Assembly: GCF_009914755.1 (NCBI RefSeq) | Contig: NC_060931.1 | Strand: one strand, 5' to 3' | Length of the DNA: 64,000 nucleotides | Origin: the human T2T-CHM13v2.0 reference genome, Homo sapiens | In this document: positions 37,081-51,149 of the stretch, piece by piece | Position numbering within the stretch: position 1 is the first letter of the stretch | How the letters are laid out: every line of letters starts with the position of its first letter | The notes under the pieces: generated by a model | Seen by the model: the letters and a program-made list of their open reading frames with translations, nothing else | The model's database searches: none | Told to the model about the DNA's origin: nothing | Translations under genes and position numbers: made by a program

Positions 37081-38966
37081 ATGCCCAGGGATACACTGAG
37101 CATTTTCTTGTTTGTTTGTTTTTTTTTTTTTTTTTTGTCTAAGTTCTGTGAATTTTTATCTTAGAGTGTGTCATTTGGATGTGCCTCAGACTCATAAGAC
37201 CTTAACTGGTTTAATTCTTCTTTTTAGGGATAGGACATTTGAATAGACAGGGCTGAGACGTATAGTCATTCATTCATCTGAGCCACAAATGGCTCATTTT
37301 GGTGACCTGGCCCAAGCACTATTCCTCATGTATAGAAAGCTCTTTATAAATATTGTTGAAGAAACGATAAATGAAAAAATTTCCTTGTTTTATTCATATG
37401 TTGTGAACTGTAAGGCGGAAAAAGAAGAAAAAAAGATTTACTGCTATCAGTGAAAATATAATCTTGAAGCTGAAAGCACAGGTGGAAATAACAGTGTAAG
37501 AAACCATATTTAATTGCCAGAATGAAAGTGCTATAAAAGTTCAGAAATGCAAAACTAGTAGAACCAGTGCCTATAAAAATATAAGGAGTGTGGCTAGAGT
37601 AAACACCAGAATATGTTGTGTAAAATAGGGAATATGTCTGAAGTTTGGAAAGCATGTGTACATGACAGATAAAATAATGAGAAATAAAGAGAAACACTAC
37701 TTTCAACAGAGAAAATTGAGGGAAATCATTAGAGAGAGAAAGAAAGCAGAAATTAATTTAAGTACACTCATAAATAATCGATTCACAGTATTTAATGTTT
37801 CTTAAAAATGTAAATCACTTTATTGTGTGGGTTTTAAGAGTATCTCACAAATGTACCTCGAGGCCTTTGACTCAGTGCTTAAACCTGCTAGGTAGGGAGA
37901 ATAACTTATAACTTTCCCAATGAACTCTTTTACTAAAATCTAGATTCTTATTAATTCTTCTAAGTGAATTGGTAAAGGGAGCAAATGCACTTCTTTACTA
38001 TTGATTCAAAACATAAGGTGACGACTTAATAAATAATTTAGATTTTTTCATTAATTAGGCATCTCCTGAGATAAGGCTGAATATTAAAAAGCATCAGTAC
38101 TGAGGTTTGCACTCCTTTAGAACTGGGCTTTGGGTTATACCTGAAGACATTAAACACCCCGCCTGTGGTGTTTACTTCATTATTCCCATATGAAAAATGA
38201 AAAAATTTATTCCAATACCTGCTTCTCTTTGGGATTAGAGGAAAGGCATTGGTGAAACTCAGAATGCCTGGACTTTGATTCTGGCTATATATCTTAAACA
38301 ATTAAAGTTCTTGAGAACACAATTTCCTTATGTGCTAAATTAGAACTATATTACAAGGCTACTTTCTGTCAAGATTTATGTATTAGGTAAGGTTCTTAGA
38401 TTTCAAGTAGCAAAGGAATTTATTGAAAGACAGTATTGGAATCTAAAAATAAGTCACACAATCAGGCTTCAGAAGAGATGACCCCGGAAGGTCTGAGGCT
38501 TAGAGGAGCAATGGGCGACAGCTCCTTTCTTCAGGACCCTTCCACTGGGATGAACGTAGCTCCTTTGTCACAGAGCTTCAGGTGCAACTTCCTGCAACCG
38601 AGTATCCGATTGGAGGATACTCAATCCCTGGATAACGGACAAGCCTCTAACCCAGGCTAGGCCTATCCAGTGCTCTCTCTCTAGAAGCTGAGTTTCAGGA
38701 AAGAGGGCTGCGATAATAGGAAGGTAATGATACGTATTCCCAGGAAAGTCAATTCTGTAGAGCTTAAGCACCAAGCACCAAGCACCAAGTCCAAGGTCTT
38801 ATCTCCCAGTGACTCTAACATTTTTTTTTTCTCACCCAGGATACATACACTTTCACTAGAAACTGTAATCAGATTTTGCTTTAGGGAATTCTCCTTCTTT
38901 CATCAGATAAAGGCTTTGGAGATGCTTTAGTTATCAATTACTACAAAAAAGCAATCCCAAACTTGG

Positions 38967-40015
<1,049 letters not shown>

Positions 40016-40479
40016 TTAGTGGTTGGAGACAAAAACCATGTCATTATTTATGATTCTTTAAGTGAGGAATACAGGCAGGGCTCAGTGGGGACAGCTCATC
40101 TCTGCTTTTCATGGTGTCAGCTGAGGAGGCTCAACTGGGGCTAGAGCATCCAAAATGGCCTCACTCACATTTTTGGGAGCTAGAGATGAGCCAGGGAGTC
40201 CACATGTATGGTTAGGTTCTTCTCCTGTTCTATCCTGTTTCCTCATTCCTTTAAACTAACCCCCATCTCAGACTCTTCCTCCAGGGAACTCAGCCTAAGT
40301 TTCTGGGCCTCTATATTGTCTACTGTACAGGGAGGAGTTGGGCTAAATAGCCTGTTGAACTCCTTCCAGGTTTGAGGTATGAGGCTTGGGATTTCATGAA
40401 TTACTCTTTCCTGCCCCCTCTCTCTTCCTCCCTGAGTGAAAGGGGAGTGTTTCCCCAGATCCTGCAATCCACAATGTTG

Positions 40480-40710
40480 GTGGGCAGTAGAAAGTTCATA
40501 GGATTTCAAGTCACACAGACATAAATTTACTTTTAACACTGGGGCCTTGCACCTGCTATTTAATTTCTCTGGGCCCCAATTCTTTTGTCAGGAAAAATGG
40601 AGATATCTGTGTCTATCTCAGAAAATTGCTATGAAAATTAACTGCAATAAAACATTTGCAGCACAAATAGAGGATCTGGTACATAGAAGCTGCTTAATGA
40701 ATATTATTCC
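40480..40710 (+). mobile_element. MIR SINE
   Basis: tatttaatttctctgggccccaattcttttgtcaggaaaaatggagat...ctggtacatagaagctgcttaatgaatatta. Confidence 0.6.
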
Positions 40711-41120
40711 CTTTCTCTCCTTTTGGCTAAAGGCGCCATCCTTCTGGGACTTTATTACATTCCCCTTGGGACAGAATAGATCAAAATTTCAGTACAATGC
40801 ATTTTCCCATGATGTGGCTTGACATGTAATAGTGCTTAAATGATGTCCTTGGAGAGTACGGTGATTTGTTGTAAAGTGTCAACAGCTGAGATCTGACCTC
40901 ACCTCTTAACCCAGGACTAAAGTAGGGACCCAAAACCCAAGATTCACTAGCGTTTAAAGAAATAAAAGTTATGAAATATCAGTGTTTAGTTTCCAACAAA
41001 CTCACAGAATTCAATAAGGAAAATATATGAGAGAATGGATTTTCACCTTTTTCATATTCATTAAAAGAAACTCATAGACCATACCAATACCTCCCTTACC
41101 TCACTTTAGGCTGTGCTGGT

Positions 41121-41496
41121 TGTTATGGCTTGGCTGTGTCCCCACCCAAACCTTATCTTGAATTGTAGTCCCCATAATCCCCATGTGTCATAGGAGGGAC
41201 CAGGTGGAGATAATTGAATCACGGGGGTGATTCTGCCATCCTGTTCTCCTGATAGTGAGTGAGTTCTCACAGGATCTGTTGGTTTTATAGGGGGCTTCCC
41301 CCTTTGCTGAGCACTGATTCTTCTCCTTCCTGCCACCATGTGAAGAAGGGAGTATTTGCTTCCCCTTCTGCCCTGATTGTAAGTTTTCTGAGGTTTCCCC
41401 AGCCCTGTGGAACTGTGAGTCAATTAATTCTCTTTCCTTTATAAATTACCCATTCTTGGCTATGTCCTTATAGCAGTGGGAGAAAAAACTAATACA
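41121..41496 (+). mobile_element. THE1C-type solo LTR
   Basis: tgttatggcttggctgtgtccccacccaaaccttatcttgaattgtag...aactaataca; TSD ctggt/ctagt. Confidence 0.9.
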
Positions 41497-42259
41497 CTAG
41501 TTTAAAGTAAAAAACTATTAAGACTCCAAGTTGGAACTTCATTGCATGGTTTATTTGCTCCTGAGTCAATAAAACCTCAAGACTGAACTTTCAAAATGAA
41601 AACCACAAATTCGTCCTCTTATCTTACTATCAGCCTCTCAGCTTTCACATTCACCAACTGATAAGCCCCTTAAAATTCTTAGGTTTTAAATTTTCTGCCA
41701 ATAAAAAGTGAGCGTGACACCGTTCTCTCTACCAGTAGCTAGCCACCACTATATTTCAATGAGGATTCACACTGCATGATTCCATGGCTGAATTCATCCA
41801 ATTCTTGGTACCATGGTGAAGGATGTGCTTTCAGAGCTCTTTCTATAATCTCTTGGAGACACTACTTTCTCACTCACACAGTTTGCCTGCCAATTTGGGG
41901 CTCCTTCTTTCATCAGAGGACCACAAACTCTGATTGTTCAATTAATTTTACATAAGATCAGCATGGGATTCTCAAGAGTGTTCCAGAATCATTTGTTAAG
42001 CACCATGCTTCACATACCAGATAGTAACTTGAACCCACTTTTAGAGCATGTTCTTTTATTGATACTGCTTGAAGAGTTGCTCAATGTATTTATTAGATAG
42101 CATGCACCAAGTGAGATTGCACACTGATCTAAGAAATAATTGCAATAACAGAGAATGTACTGATGGGGGGAAGTTTTTCTATATCGTATATATTCCTAAA
42201 TTCATAATTTAAGGAACCCTATGATTCTTAACTCTGCTTTTCATTAAAGACAATACACA

Positions 42260-42780
42260 GAGAAATAAACTAAATGGGCACTATATCTAATTTAGCCTCA
42301 CTAATAATCAAAGAATTACTAACTAAAATAACTACAACATTTGTGTCTATCAACTTGGCTAATGTAAATTATAAGAGGAGAATATGTAAAAAATTGTTAT
42401 TCACTTCTGATATGGGTATAAATTCAGACAAACATTGTGGAGGGCAGTTTGGCAATCTGTGTCACAACTCTAAAAAGATGGAAAATCCAGTTCCACGTTT
42501 AATAGAAACACTAAGGAAATCATCAGAGACATGTTCAACAATGTTTTGACAGTGACGTTTTTGAAATTATTATCCTTAACAATAAAAGCAAAAAAGGAAA
42601 TGGCCAAGAATAAGAAATCAGTTTAGTAAACTATGGCATGTCCATTCATTGAAATACTATATACCTGTCAAAAATGATTTTCAGAAAAGTAGATGAGAAA
42701 AATAATTGTTACAAGAAAAAATTGCATAAAAGCAAAATGTAGTGGCCGTTTATTTAAAGTAAACAGAAAGATATTTATGT
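42260..42780 (+). mobile_element. Old L1ME fragment
   Basis: cctcactaataatcaaagaa...ggagggcagtttggcaat...agtaaactatggcatgtccattcattgaaatactat. Confidence 0.6.
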
Positions 42781-42787
42781 GTAGCTA

Positions 42788-42867
42788 GTAGGTTGGTGCA
42801 AAAGTAATTGTGGCTTTTGCCATTACTTTCAAAGGCAGAAAACACAATTACTATTGCACCAACTTAC
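42788..42867. mobile_element. MADE1 (Hsmar1-derived MITE)
   Basis: 80-bp palindrome taggttggtgcaaaagtaattgtggcttttgccattactttcaaaggcagaaaacacaattactattgcaccaac. Confidence 0.93.
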
Positions 42868-43864
42868 TGTTTCGGTGTATTTATGTAAATATATATCTAT
42901 ATGTATATATTTATTTATACATGGTATGTGTGTGAGAGTGTGTGTGTAATATATTTTCTCTTTCCTAGACCACTGTCACTAAACTGGTGTGTTTGTGCTT
43001 CCACTCTGTGTCACTTCAGTTAATTTCCACAAACAGCAAGAGTGACCTTTTTGACCAGATCATGTCACTGCCTTGCTGAAGATCCCCAGTGGCTTCTTCT
43101 AGTGGCTCCACTTAGAATAATGCAAAACTCTTTACAAAGACCTTCAAGGCCATGTATGGTAACTCCTTTCTATCTTCCCGGCCTCATCTCTTTAACTCAC
43201 TGATTCTCTGTTTCAACATGTGCAATGAACAATATTCTGTGCAAAACTGTTCTGATAATGTGAGTGAAGTTATAGAGCTCCAGTTGTAGCATTCTTCAGA
43301 TGTGCTGAGTCAGAGAAAGTTAAGAATGTTAGGCAACTGGGGTGAAAACTCACTCAGCTCATCTCTGTTATCAAGGAGTCAGAGATGATCGAAGTGGAGA
43401 AGGAATGGGGCTGAAGGGAGAAGAGCACCCACAAAGCTTACCATCTTTAGTCTCAATTTGCTCCTTTGGCTCAGGGGGATTGTTAAATCAGGTTTTAAAG
43501 ATCTCATAGGTCTGTTCTGAAAATGCAACCTGGAGCAATTTCCTTAATTAAATCTTTCTGCTGTGGGTAGAATATTATTTAGCTAATGTTATTTCTATTT
43601 CCACAAGTTCCCTGAGATAGCCAAATTAAGCATTAAAATAATAAAATGTCATTTTGTTTTTGTTTTATAATGCTCCATTTATTCTATTATTGGGCTTCTT
43701 GTCCACACAAGACCACCTCATTGAATATTTGCAAAACAAGGGAAGTTGAGAAAGAAGAAAGTTAGCAGCCATTTTTCCTATTATAAAAATAATACATTTG
43801 GTGCAGAAGTCTTCAAGAAAAAGTTAAAATTTCCCGTAATCTCACCAACTAGAGAGAAACACAT

Positions 43865-44170
43865 AGGCATATATGTAATTCAGTTACATATTTATGTCTG
43901 TGTCTACATGTCTATATACATACATATATCTATTCTAACATGATACCTTAAATGCCTGTATATGTGTTTGTATGTATGTGTATATATATATATGTATATG
44001 ATATATATCTTTTACATGCATGTAAGGTATGTACGTAAGGTATGCGTGTTTGAATAGATATGTGTGTGTATGTGTATATATATGGTATGCATGTTTGAAT
44101 AGATAAACACACACATATAGACATACATATATATATAGGCTCATGTGTGTAAGTACATATGTATATCAAA
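43865..44170. repeat. Degenerate (TA)/(TG)/(CA) simple-repeat region
   Basis: Alternating purine-pyrimidine tract with an internal duplicate ggtatgc(g/a)tgtttgaatagata. Confidence 0.8.
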
Positions 44171-44922
44171 ACAGCATTATGTGGACACATTATAGCAACT
44201 TCCCATTTACCAGGATATAACATTCTCCATGAAGCAAATCCAGCCAGTTTCTATGATCCTAGGTCACCAGTCTGATTTTTCAGCCTCTTCTCAACTTTCC
44301 TATATTTTCTTAGAAGAGACTTCTTCTAGATTCCAATTGTAGTGAATAACGCACATAAAGAAAAAAGGCTTGGCCAGATATTAATATCTGAGGCTAATCT
44401 TTACTTGCATAACCCAGAAATTTAACCTTTGATTCAGCCAAACTAGGTAAACTCCAGAATTCCCAGCCTCTGGCATTTTGCTGTCAATTCACCTTCTCCC
44501 TAGATGGCCTTCTCCATCCATTTTCTGTGTGTTTAAATCCTACTTGAGTGTTTAAATCCTTTCAAGTGACACTTTTACATGGCTGTCTTTTCTGACCTGA
44601 GTTCCAGATCTTTTCTTTGTATTTTTTATGGGACTTACTGTATCTACCAGCTACTGTATCTGCCAGTAGCTTCTCTACTTGCCTTACCTACTCCTCCACA
44701 ACCATGGTAAGAGCCCTCTGCCACTCCAACAACATAACCAGCCTAACTGATGGGGAAACCAAGCCTCTATATTCCACGGTTCATTTTTTTATGTTTAAAC
44801 ATTACAAGTAGTGTTGAAAAGGAACAGGAAAAGGAATTTCCAAGGCGAGGGACAGAAGTTTCAGAATCCACCCAGCTGGGGAGAGATGAGAACCTGGGAG
44901 ACAGGACCAGAGAACCACAAAC

Positions 44923-44948
<26 letters not shown>
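44923..44948. repeat. Poly(T) tract
   Basis: About 26 consecutive T. Confidence 0.9.
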
Positions 44949-44955
<7 letters not shown>

Positions 44956-45079
44956 TCTTGGCAGATAAAATAGGGGAAACACAGCAGAGAGGCCACTAGC
45001 TAGAAATACATGAAGAAAGAATTTGCTGAATTCCTGTCCTCTGAGTAAATGGAAAAGGAAGAACTCCATCATTGGAAGC

Positions 45080-45300
45080 ACCAATTTACTCAACACTTAT
45101 GACATGCCAGCCTTAGTACTAAGTACTTAACATATATGACCTCATTTAACCTTTAAAAAGCATGGATCATCATTAATCCCATTTTAAAGATGAAATAACT
45201 GAGTTTCAGAAAAGTTAAGTAACTGTCAGTCTCTTAGCTTAGAAAAAAGCAGCAAGTTGGGACTTAAATGTAACTTTATGAGCTTCTAAGCCCCTACTCT
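45080..45300 (-). mobile_element. MIR SINE
   Basis: atttactcaacacttat...ctcatttaacctt...cccattttaaagatgaaataactgagtttcagaaaagttaagtaact. Confidence 0.8.
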
Positions 45301-45438
45301 TAGCCATTTTCTTACATTGACTTCCAGCGGAGATGGTAAGGGCAGAGGTTTGGAAATGTTTCCTGGGAAGAGTGGGTAAGGGAGGTAACCCAATCCAGTG
45401 ACCAGCCTGGAGCGGGACACCCCACCTTGCTGCAACAT

Positions 45439-45442
<4 letters not shown>

Positions 45443-45474
<32 letters not shown>
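45443..45474. repeat. (GT)16 microsatellite
   Basis: Perfect GT dinucleotide run. Confidence 0.95.
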
Positions 45475-45477
<3 letters not shown>

Positions 45478-46789
45478 AGATGAGGACAGGGTGAAAGATA
45501 GCGTCCCTGTTGCAGTTCTGCCCTGATACCTTATCAAGGAAAACAACTACTTCTTGAGGACATGGCCCAAGACACATTGACTGCGGCCAGTGAGAAGAAA
45601 GTCCGGGACTCAGCTGGACCCACTGACAATGGCTGTCAGGTAATTGGCCACTTCAACAGGGAGAGGAACTCTGGCCATGAAGACAGGAGAAATTGAAGTG
45701 TCACTAATATAGGGGAGGTGCCAGCCCATACCTGAGCCAAGAGCCACTGATGGTGTGAAAAATTGAGGTGGGGCAAGAGCCACAGGCCCCATAAAGCTGC
45801 TAGAGAGAAGGGACTTGGGGTAAAATTCTGGTTTCTGACACAAAGTTGGTGAGAGGGGAAGCTCCAATCACTGGTTTTGTCTTATTATTTCCAGTTAAAC
45901 TGTGCTTCTCCATCCTTGATCTTTGAGACTCTTTTGCTGACAGGATCTATGTAAATATCTCTATTAAAAGAAGACAAAAACCCCTATCCTCCCCAGGGCT
46001 TACTTTGGAATAGAAGAGAATAAAGATTCCAGTGTGCCCCCCTGCATGTCTTCACTGCCTTAGGCCTATAGCCTACAGTCATGGTTGGGAGGAGGGAAGC
46101 CCATACACTTTGAACTGATCCCATCCTAAACATTTGATCAGAGATTTAAGAAGTTTCTAAAGGAAAGCTAAAGTGAAGAAACAGGAGACTATTCATGTGA
46201 TTCAGGAAAACATAGCAATAATTCTTTCACTATGAAACAGAAGAGATGGGAGAGGATGAAAGGCAGGAGGATAAGTTATCATCCCTAATAAATTAAGAAT
46301 TTTGGACTTTTGGTCAGCTGACATGACAGGGATTTGTGATTCTAGGACAAGGAGAAAACGGAAGACAGGAGAAATATCTTAGCAGAGAGAGTAAAGATTG
46401 ATCCCAAACAGTAAAGACTGGGACCTAGGGAAGAAGATGCTGCCAGTGAGAGTCTGTTTCTAATTGTAAAAGCTGATGAACTTAAACAGTGTCACTGTAT
46501 GGTATTGCATATAAGTTGTTTCTTATACTGTGTTTTCGTAGCATGTATGAATTTCAGAAGCTATAAAGTCAAATGTGCAAAAAAAATTCATTTTTTTCTA
46601 AAATGAAAATTAACTTTTCTCTTGAATCCCTGTCACCTGGGGCTAGAAACTTAGTCTTATTCTATTTCATAACCAAGAGAGGAAAACCATAGTTTTACTA
46701 TATTTTGCCTCTCCCTAGATGTGCATCTGTGTTTCAAGAGGCTAATGGAGCCCCAAAGCATCAGGAGAATAAGGACATTTACATCCATT

Positions 46790-47282
46790 GTGATTGCATT
46801 GGGCTGCAAGTAAGAGGAACCCTAATTAATCAGTGACTAATGGGATATAATTTTTCTTATATAATAAAAAGACTAGAGTCAGAGGGTCCTGGTCTGATAT
46901 GATGGCTCCGTGATGCTATTAAGGACCCAAGCACTTTCTATGTTTCTGCCCAGCCATCACCAGCATCTTAATTTTGTTCTCACACATGTCTCATGCCACT
47001 AGGTGACTGCTCCACCTTTGGCACCTTGTTTCCATTCCAGGATGAAAGAAGAGGAAGTACAAAGGTCCCCAAAGGCACATGTTAGCTGAGTCAGCACCTT
47101 GTGGGAAAGTTTTTCCAATTTATGCTTGCATCTCAGTGGCCTGAATAATATCAGATGACCATTCTTAGTTGGAGAAGAGTTGGAAAATGCAATTAAAAAA
47201 AACTATTTCAAAACAAAATGGTTGTCTGATTGCAAAGAAGAGATAGTGGATATTAGGCAGGCAACCAGCAGTGTCTTCCACA
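46790..47282 (-). mobile_element. Ancient MaLR LTR (MLT1K/L-like)
   Basis: ggctgcaagtaagag...aaggacccaagcactttctatgtttctgccc...ggatattaggcaggcaaccagcagtgtcttccaca. Confidence 0.6.
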
Positions 47283-47804
47283 GGTGTTACACTCAGTCTG
47301 CAACAGCATCTTTTGAGATACAGTTTCTCAATTCCCCAGTCTCCATTTTCATTGACATTTACTTTTCTTCTCCATTGAAATGCAATGGTCCAAGAAGATA
47401 ATGGATTTTGTGCAGAAGACTGGGTGGATGGAAGGAAGATATAGTATTGCTGATTTGGGCATCTAACACAAGAGAAGACAAAAATGCCCATGTTTCCAAT
47501 ACTCTTATTTGAATAAGTAAAGCCTCTCTAGTGTTTAGGCCGTACTCTACTATTGTCACTGTTGGGCCTCTGGGTACTCCAGCAACATCTGCAATTTACT
47601 ATAGGCTAGAGTATTGCTAAATCCCATGGAAAATCAATCGCTTGCTACTCTCAAATAACTTTTAGTGTTTAACTAACCCCATAACCTCTAACAACACACT
47701 GTAAATTCTCGGTCTTTGAAAGCAGAATCTTGACGATATTCTTTTCTTCTGTGTTGTGAGTTCCTTTGGTCAAAGGGACAGACTCATCACTCATTTTCTC
47801 CGGC

Positions 47805-47814
47805 TATATAAAAG
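47805..47814 (+). promoter_or_regulatory. Candidate TATA box
   Basis: TATATAAAAG in apparently unique sequence; function unproven. Confidence 0.3.
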
Positions 47815-48317
47815 CAGGTTTCTGGACAATTTACAGATAAATTAAGGCAAGTTTTTTTCAGCCCTCTGTCAAGATAAAGACCTGATTGAAAAAGACATAA
47901 ATTACTGTTATTTTTTAATGATTATCAGTCAACATATTACCGTATACTTTCTTTAAGCTACTGTGTCTGTTATGTCAAAGGAACACTCTGGGGTCAATAA
48001 GTTTGCTATGTGCTTCAGGAGTTTCTCTTGGGTTAGTGAATTATTTAGGCTCCTTTAGGATCTCAGGCAATCTGTTTCTCCAGACATCCTGCATTGTCTG
48101 CCGGTAGCTTAGAATTTACAGCAACTTTAGAGAATCCTCCCTAACACACTGGTGTCTACAGTCCCTGGTCTATGACACAAGGCAAGTCTCCTTTGTGAAA
48201 ACCACCATAAGTCAGGGAATAGATTCAAAAAATATTCCTTCTGAGCGAAAACTCTAAAAGAAATAGAATTTCTGTGGGAGAGTTTGGGGAGCTGTGAAGA
48301 TTTGAGAGACCCTAAAG

Positions 48318-48483
48318 CAGCCATCGTTCAACTCATTTGGGTCACAGACCTCTTAGAGAATCCTATGAAATGTATAAATCCTCCACCCAGACAAATATGC
48401 AAATGTTCTTGGGGCTCACTTTTTGTGTGTATTCTTCCAGGGGGAATCAAAGAACTATTTAAGCTCAGGCTGAGAACTCTTGC
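48318..48483. mobile_element. Ancient hAT-type MITE (family uncertain); a related copy lies at about 50090-50295
   Basis: tttgggtcacagacctcttagagaatcctatgaaa...cccagacaaatatgca; similar tgggccacagatactttgaaaattgaatgaa at 50097. Confidence 0.45.
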
Positions 48484-49819
48484 TTCATCTAGACAATTCT
48501 TGCATTAGCAGAAAGTGTGGCTATCTCTTTTCTATCATGACCCAATTTGGGGTGCAGGAAGGAAGCAAGGGAAATGGGAGTAGAAGCCAAGACTGGGGAG
48601 ACTAGAAACAGAAGACCCTATAATGTCCAACCTGACCTCTGCCCTCAAGTCCTCTAACCTTCAGAGCTAGGGATTTCACCCCCTCCTTTAGTTCCTGTCC
48701 AATCTCTGATGTGTAACCAAGCCAGGCACCTGGTCTTGCTCTTTCATGTGGGATCCGGGTCCAGGAACCAGGCCTAGAAACAAAGTTTTTGTCATACTCC
48801 TATGAACAAGCTCCTGCCATATATATTCTATTTGTAGGCATGAATCATTCATCTTTTGCCCCATTGAAATCTTAGAGTCCTGGCCCCAAGATAAAAATGG
48901 GTCCAATTTTTTTTTATTTCTTTTTCTCTAGCCTTATTTGTGCTGTTGGCTTTGCTCACAGTCTGTCCAGTTCATATTGTTTCCAGGAGAGGAGAAGAAG
49001 TCAGCAATGGGAAATGGACTTTTCTTAGGTCCTCTGGAGTTTTTCAGGCTGGAGTTCATCAATGAGATAAACGGCTTTCTAATCCCTTTGTATTATACCT
49101 TTTATCTTTTTCTTTGTGAAATATTTTGTCAGATTCTATTAGATACGAGGTCATGTTTCCTGTTTTCAAGATGTTTGAAATCTAAGGGAACAAAGAGAAA
49201 AATGGAGTATGATGTGCATCTTCAGACTGAGATAAATGGTAATAAGATGGTGATATACAGAGTTCTCAGAGGAAGAAAACTCGCTTTGAGCCATAGGGAA
49301 CAGGAAGCCAGGGATTTGAGCAGAGACCTGAATGATGGTCTATTTCCCACAGGACAACCATTCTCAATTTTTTTCTTTAATGGACCTTTGAGAATCTCAT
49401 GAAGATAGGGGAAGGCCTCTGAGAGCTGTGGTAAAGCCAGCTAATAATTAAAAATCAAGGTCCTGAACTGTAGCCATAACATCAGGATAGCCTGGGCAGG
49501 TCATTTTCATGATGTATCTGGATAACCTCACCTATAAAGCAGAATTGAAGGAGATATGACTAGTAATAACTCAGGCTTCTACTTGCTTTAAAATTTATAA
49601 TTCTATCATCTAGTTTATTACCCTGTATAGAGCCATACTTATTGTTCCAAAGAGATTGAATATGTTTTTATCAAAAGAAAAATAATTCTTGTATCTCATC
49701 CCAAAATCACAAAATTATTGAAAAATGTATGCTACCCACACTGGAATTTTAAAGACCCTAACATTTCTCAGCTTCTAATTTAAGGGGTTCATTATAAATA
49801 ATGAAGGCCAAACTTTACT

Positions 49820-50055
49820 GAACAATGAATATGTGTCAAGTAAATCGCTAAGTGCATTGCATGCATTATATCATTTAATCCTTCCATTAATTCAATGGAT
49901 AAAGTGCTATTGTTATTATTATGTACTATATTATTATTCTCATTTTATAGATTAGGAAACTAAGGGCTGCAGCTATTAGGTTACTTTCTCAAGGAATCTC
50001 AGTCTGATTTGAATTTGGGCACTCAAATTCCACAGCCCAGGCACTTCAATCACTG
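49820..50055 (-). mobile_element. MIR SINE
   Basis: catgcattatatcatttaatcct...ctcattttatagattaggaaactaaggg. Confidence 0.75.
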
Positions 50056-50936
50056 CAATGGCTTGTTTTACTGGTGGGGTGACTTATAATGTTTCCTGGG
50101 CCACAGATACTTTGAAAATTGAATGAATTCACAGTCTGCAAGCTTGCATATAGAAAGTTTGCACAAATGCACACGTGCACACACACTCATATATACACTT
50201 AAACATGTGCACATACATATATATTTTCCATACATTTTAGGATCCTAGAAACTCTTTTGAGGTCTGTTCTATGGAGTTCAGTCTAAGCTTCCCTACTGAA
50301 GGCCAGAAATAGCTGGAGAAGACTGTGGAAAGACTGGTCAGGATTAGTCTGGACAGAGACAGCTCGTCCAGTCTATCTTTGCAAAGGATAGAGAGCATGA
50401 CTGTTGGTTGCCACGCGGGTGGGGTCGGCCGGAAGACTCTGATGCAAGAACAACCTACCCCTGGGATCCTGCCAGCCTGGTGATGTCGCTGACCTGTCAC
50501 TGCTCATGGGGCAAGGACATTGGGACTGATTTTGTCCATGGAAACAGGATCATCTTTCTCCAGTCACTCTTTCTTTGCCACAGTCCTCCTTAGCTTGTCC
50601 CCAAATAGAGTGCCCCCTCAGGGGTGACCTAGGCCTTTCAAAACCAGTCCAGAAAATGACATTAGATCTGCTACCCTCCATTATAGTGAGACATATAGTC
50701 ATATTCAACGAATTAGGAACAAACATTTTAAGAGTAAGCATTCTCAAACGATGTGTAAAAACTTCAACGCAGTTTGCTTTTCCACTGAAAAGAAAATCTG
50801 AGAAGGCAAGGCGGGACTGTGGGTTCCAATAACAAGGTTACCTCCTCTCCTCCCAGCTCACCTTCTCACCTGGCTCTTCCTGAATTTCTGCCTGACCCAG
50901 ATGCGGCAGTCTTTGCGAGTGAAAGGTGACGCGCTC

Positions 50937-50955
50937 TGTCCACTAGGGGGAGACT
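50937..50955 (+). promoter_or_regulatory. CTCF motif
   Basis: tgtccactagggggagact closely matches the CTCF core CCACYAGRKGGCR. Confidence 0.6.
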
Positions 50956-51149
50956 TGCTCACATTTATCCCCTGGCTCTAGCTAAGAATTGGAACTTGTT
51001 TGTAGCGGCAGCTCCTTGACCCGGTTTTCTTTGCTATGCAAAGCATTTGAATTTGATTAAAGAAATCCTCTGCTTAAATTTTCAACTCTCATTCCAAGAG
51101 GTGATGAGGATGCAGTAATGACTAGTGTGCAAATAAGGTAGTGACTTTC

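Noticed and set aside
48938-49402. 154-aa plus-strand ORF after a strong acceptor
   Set aside because: No recognisable domain or coding-like composition; not supportable as CDS
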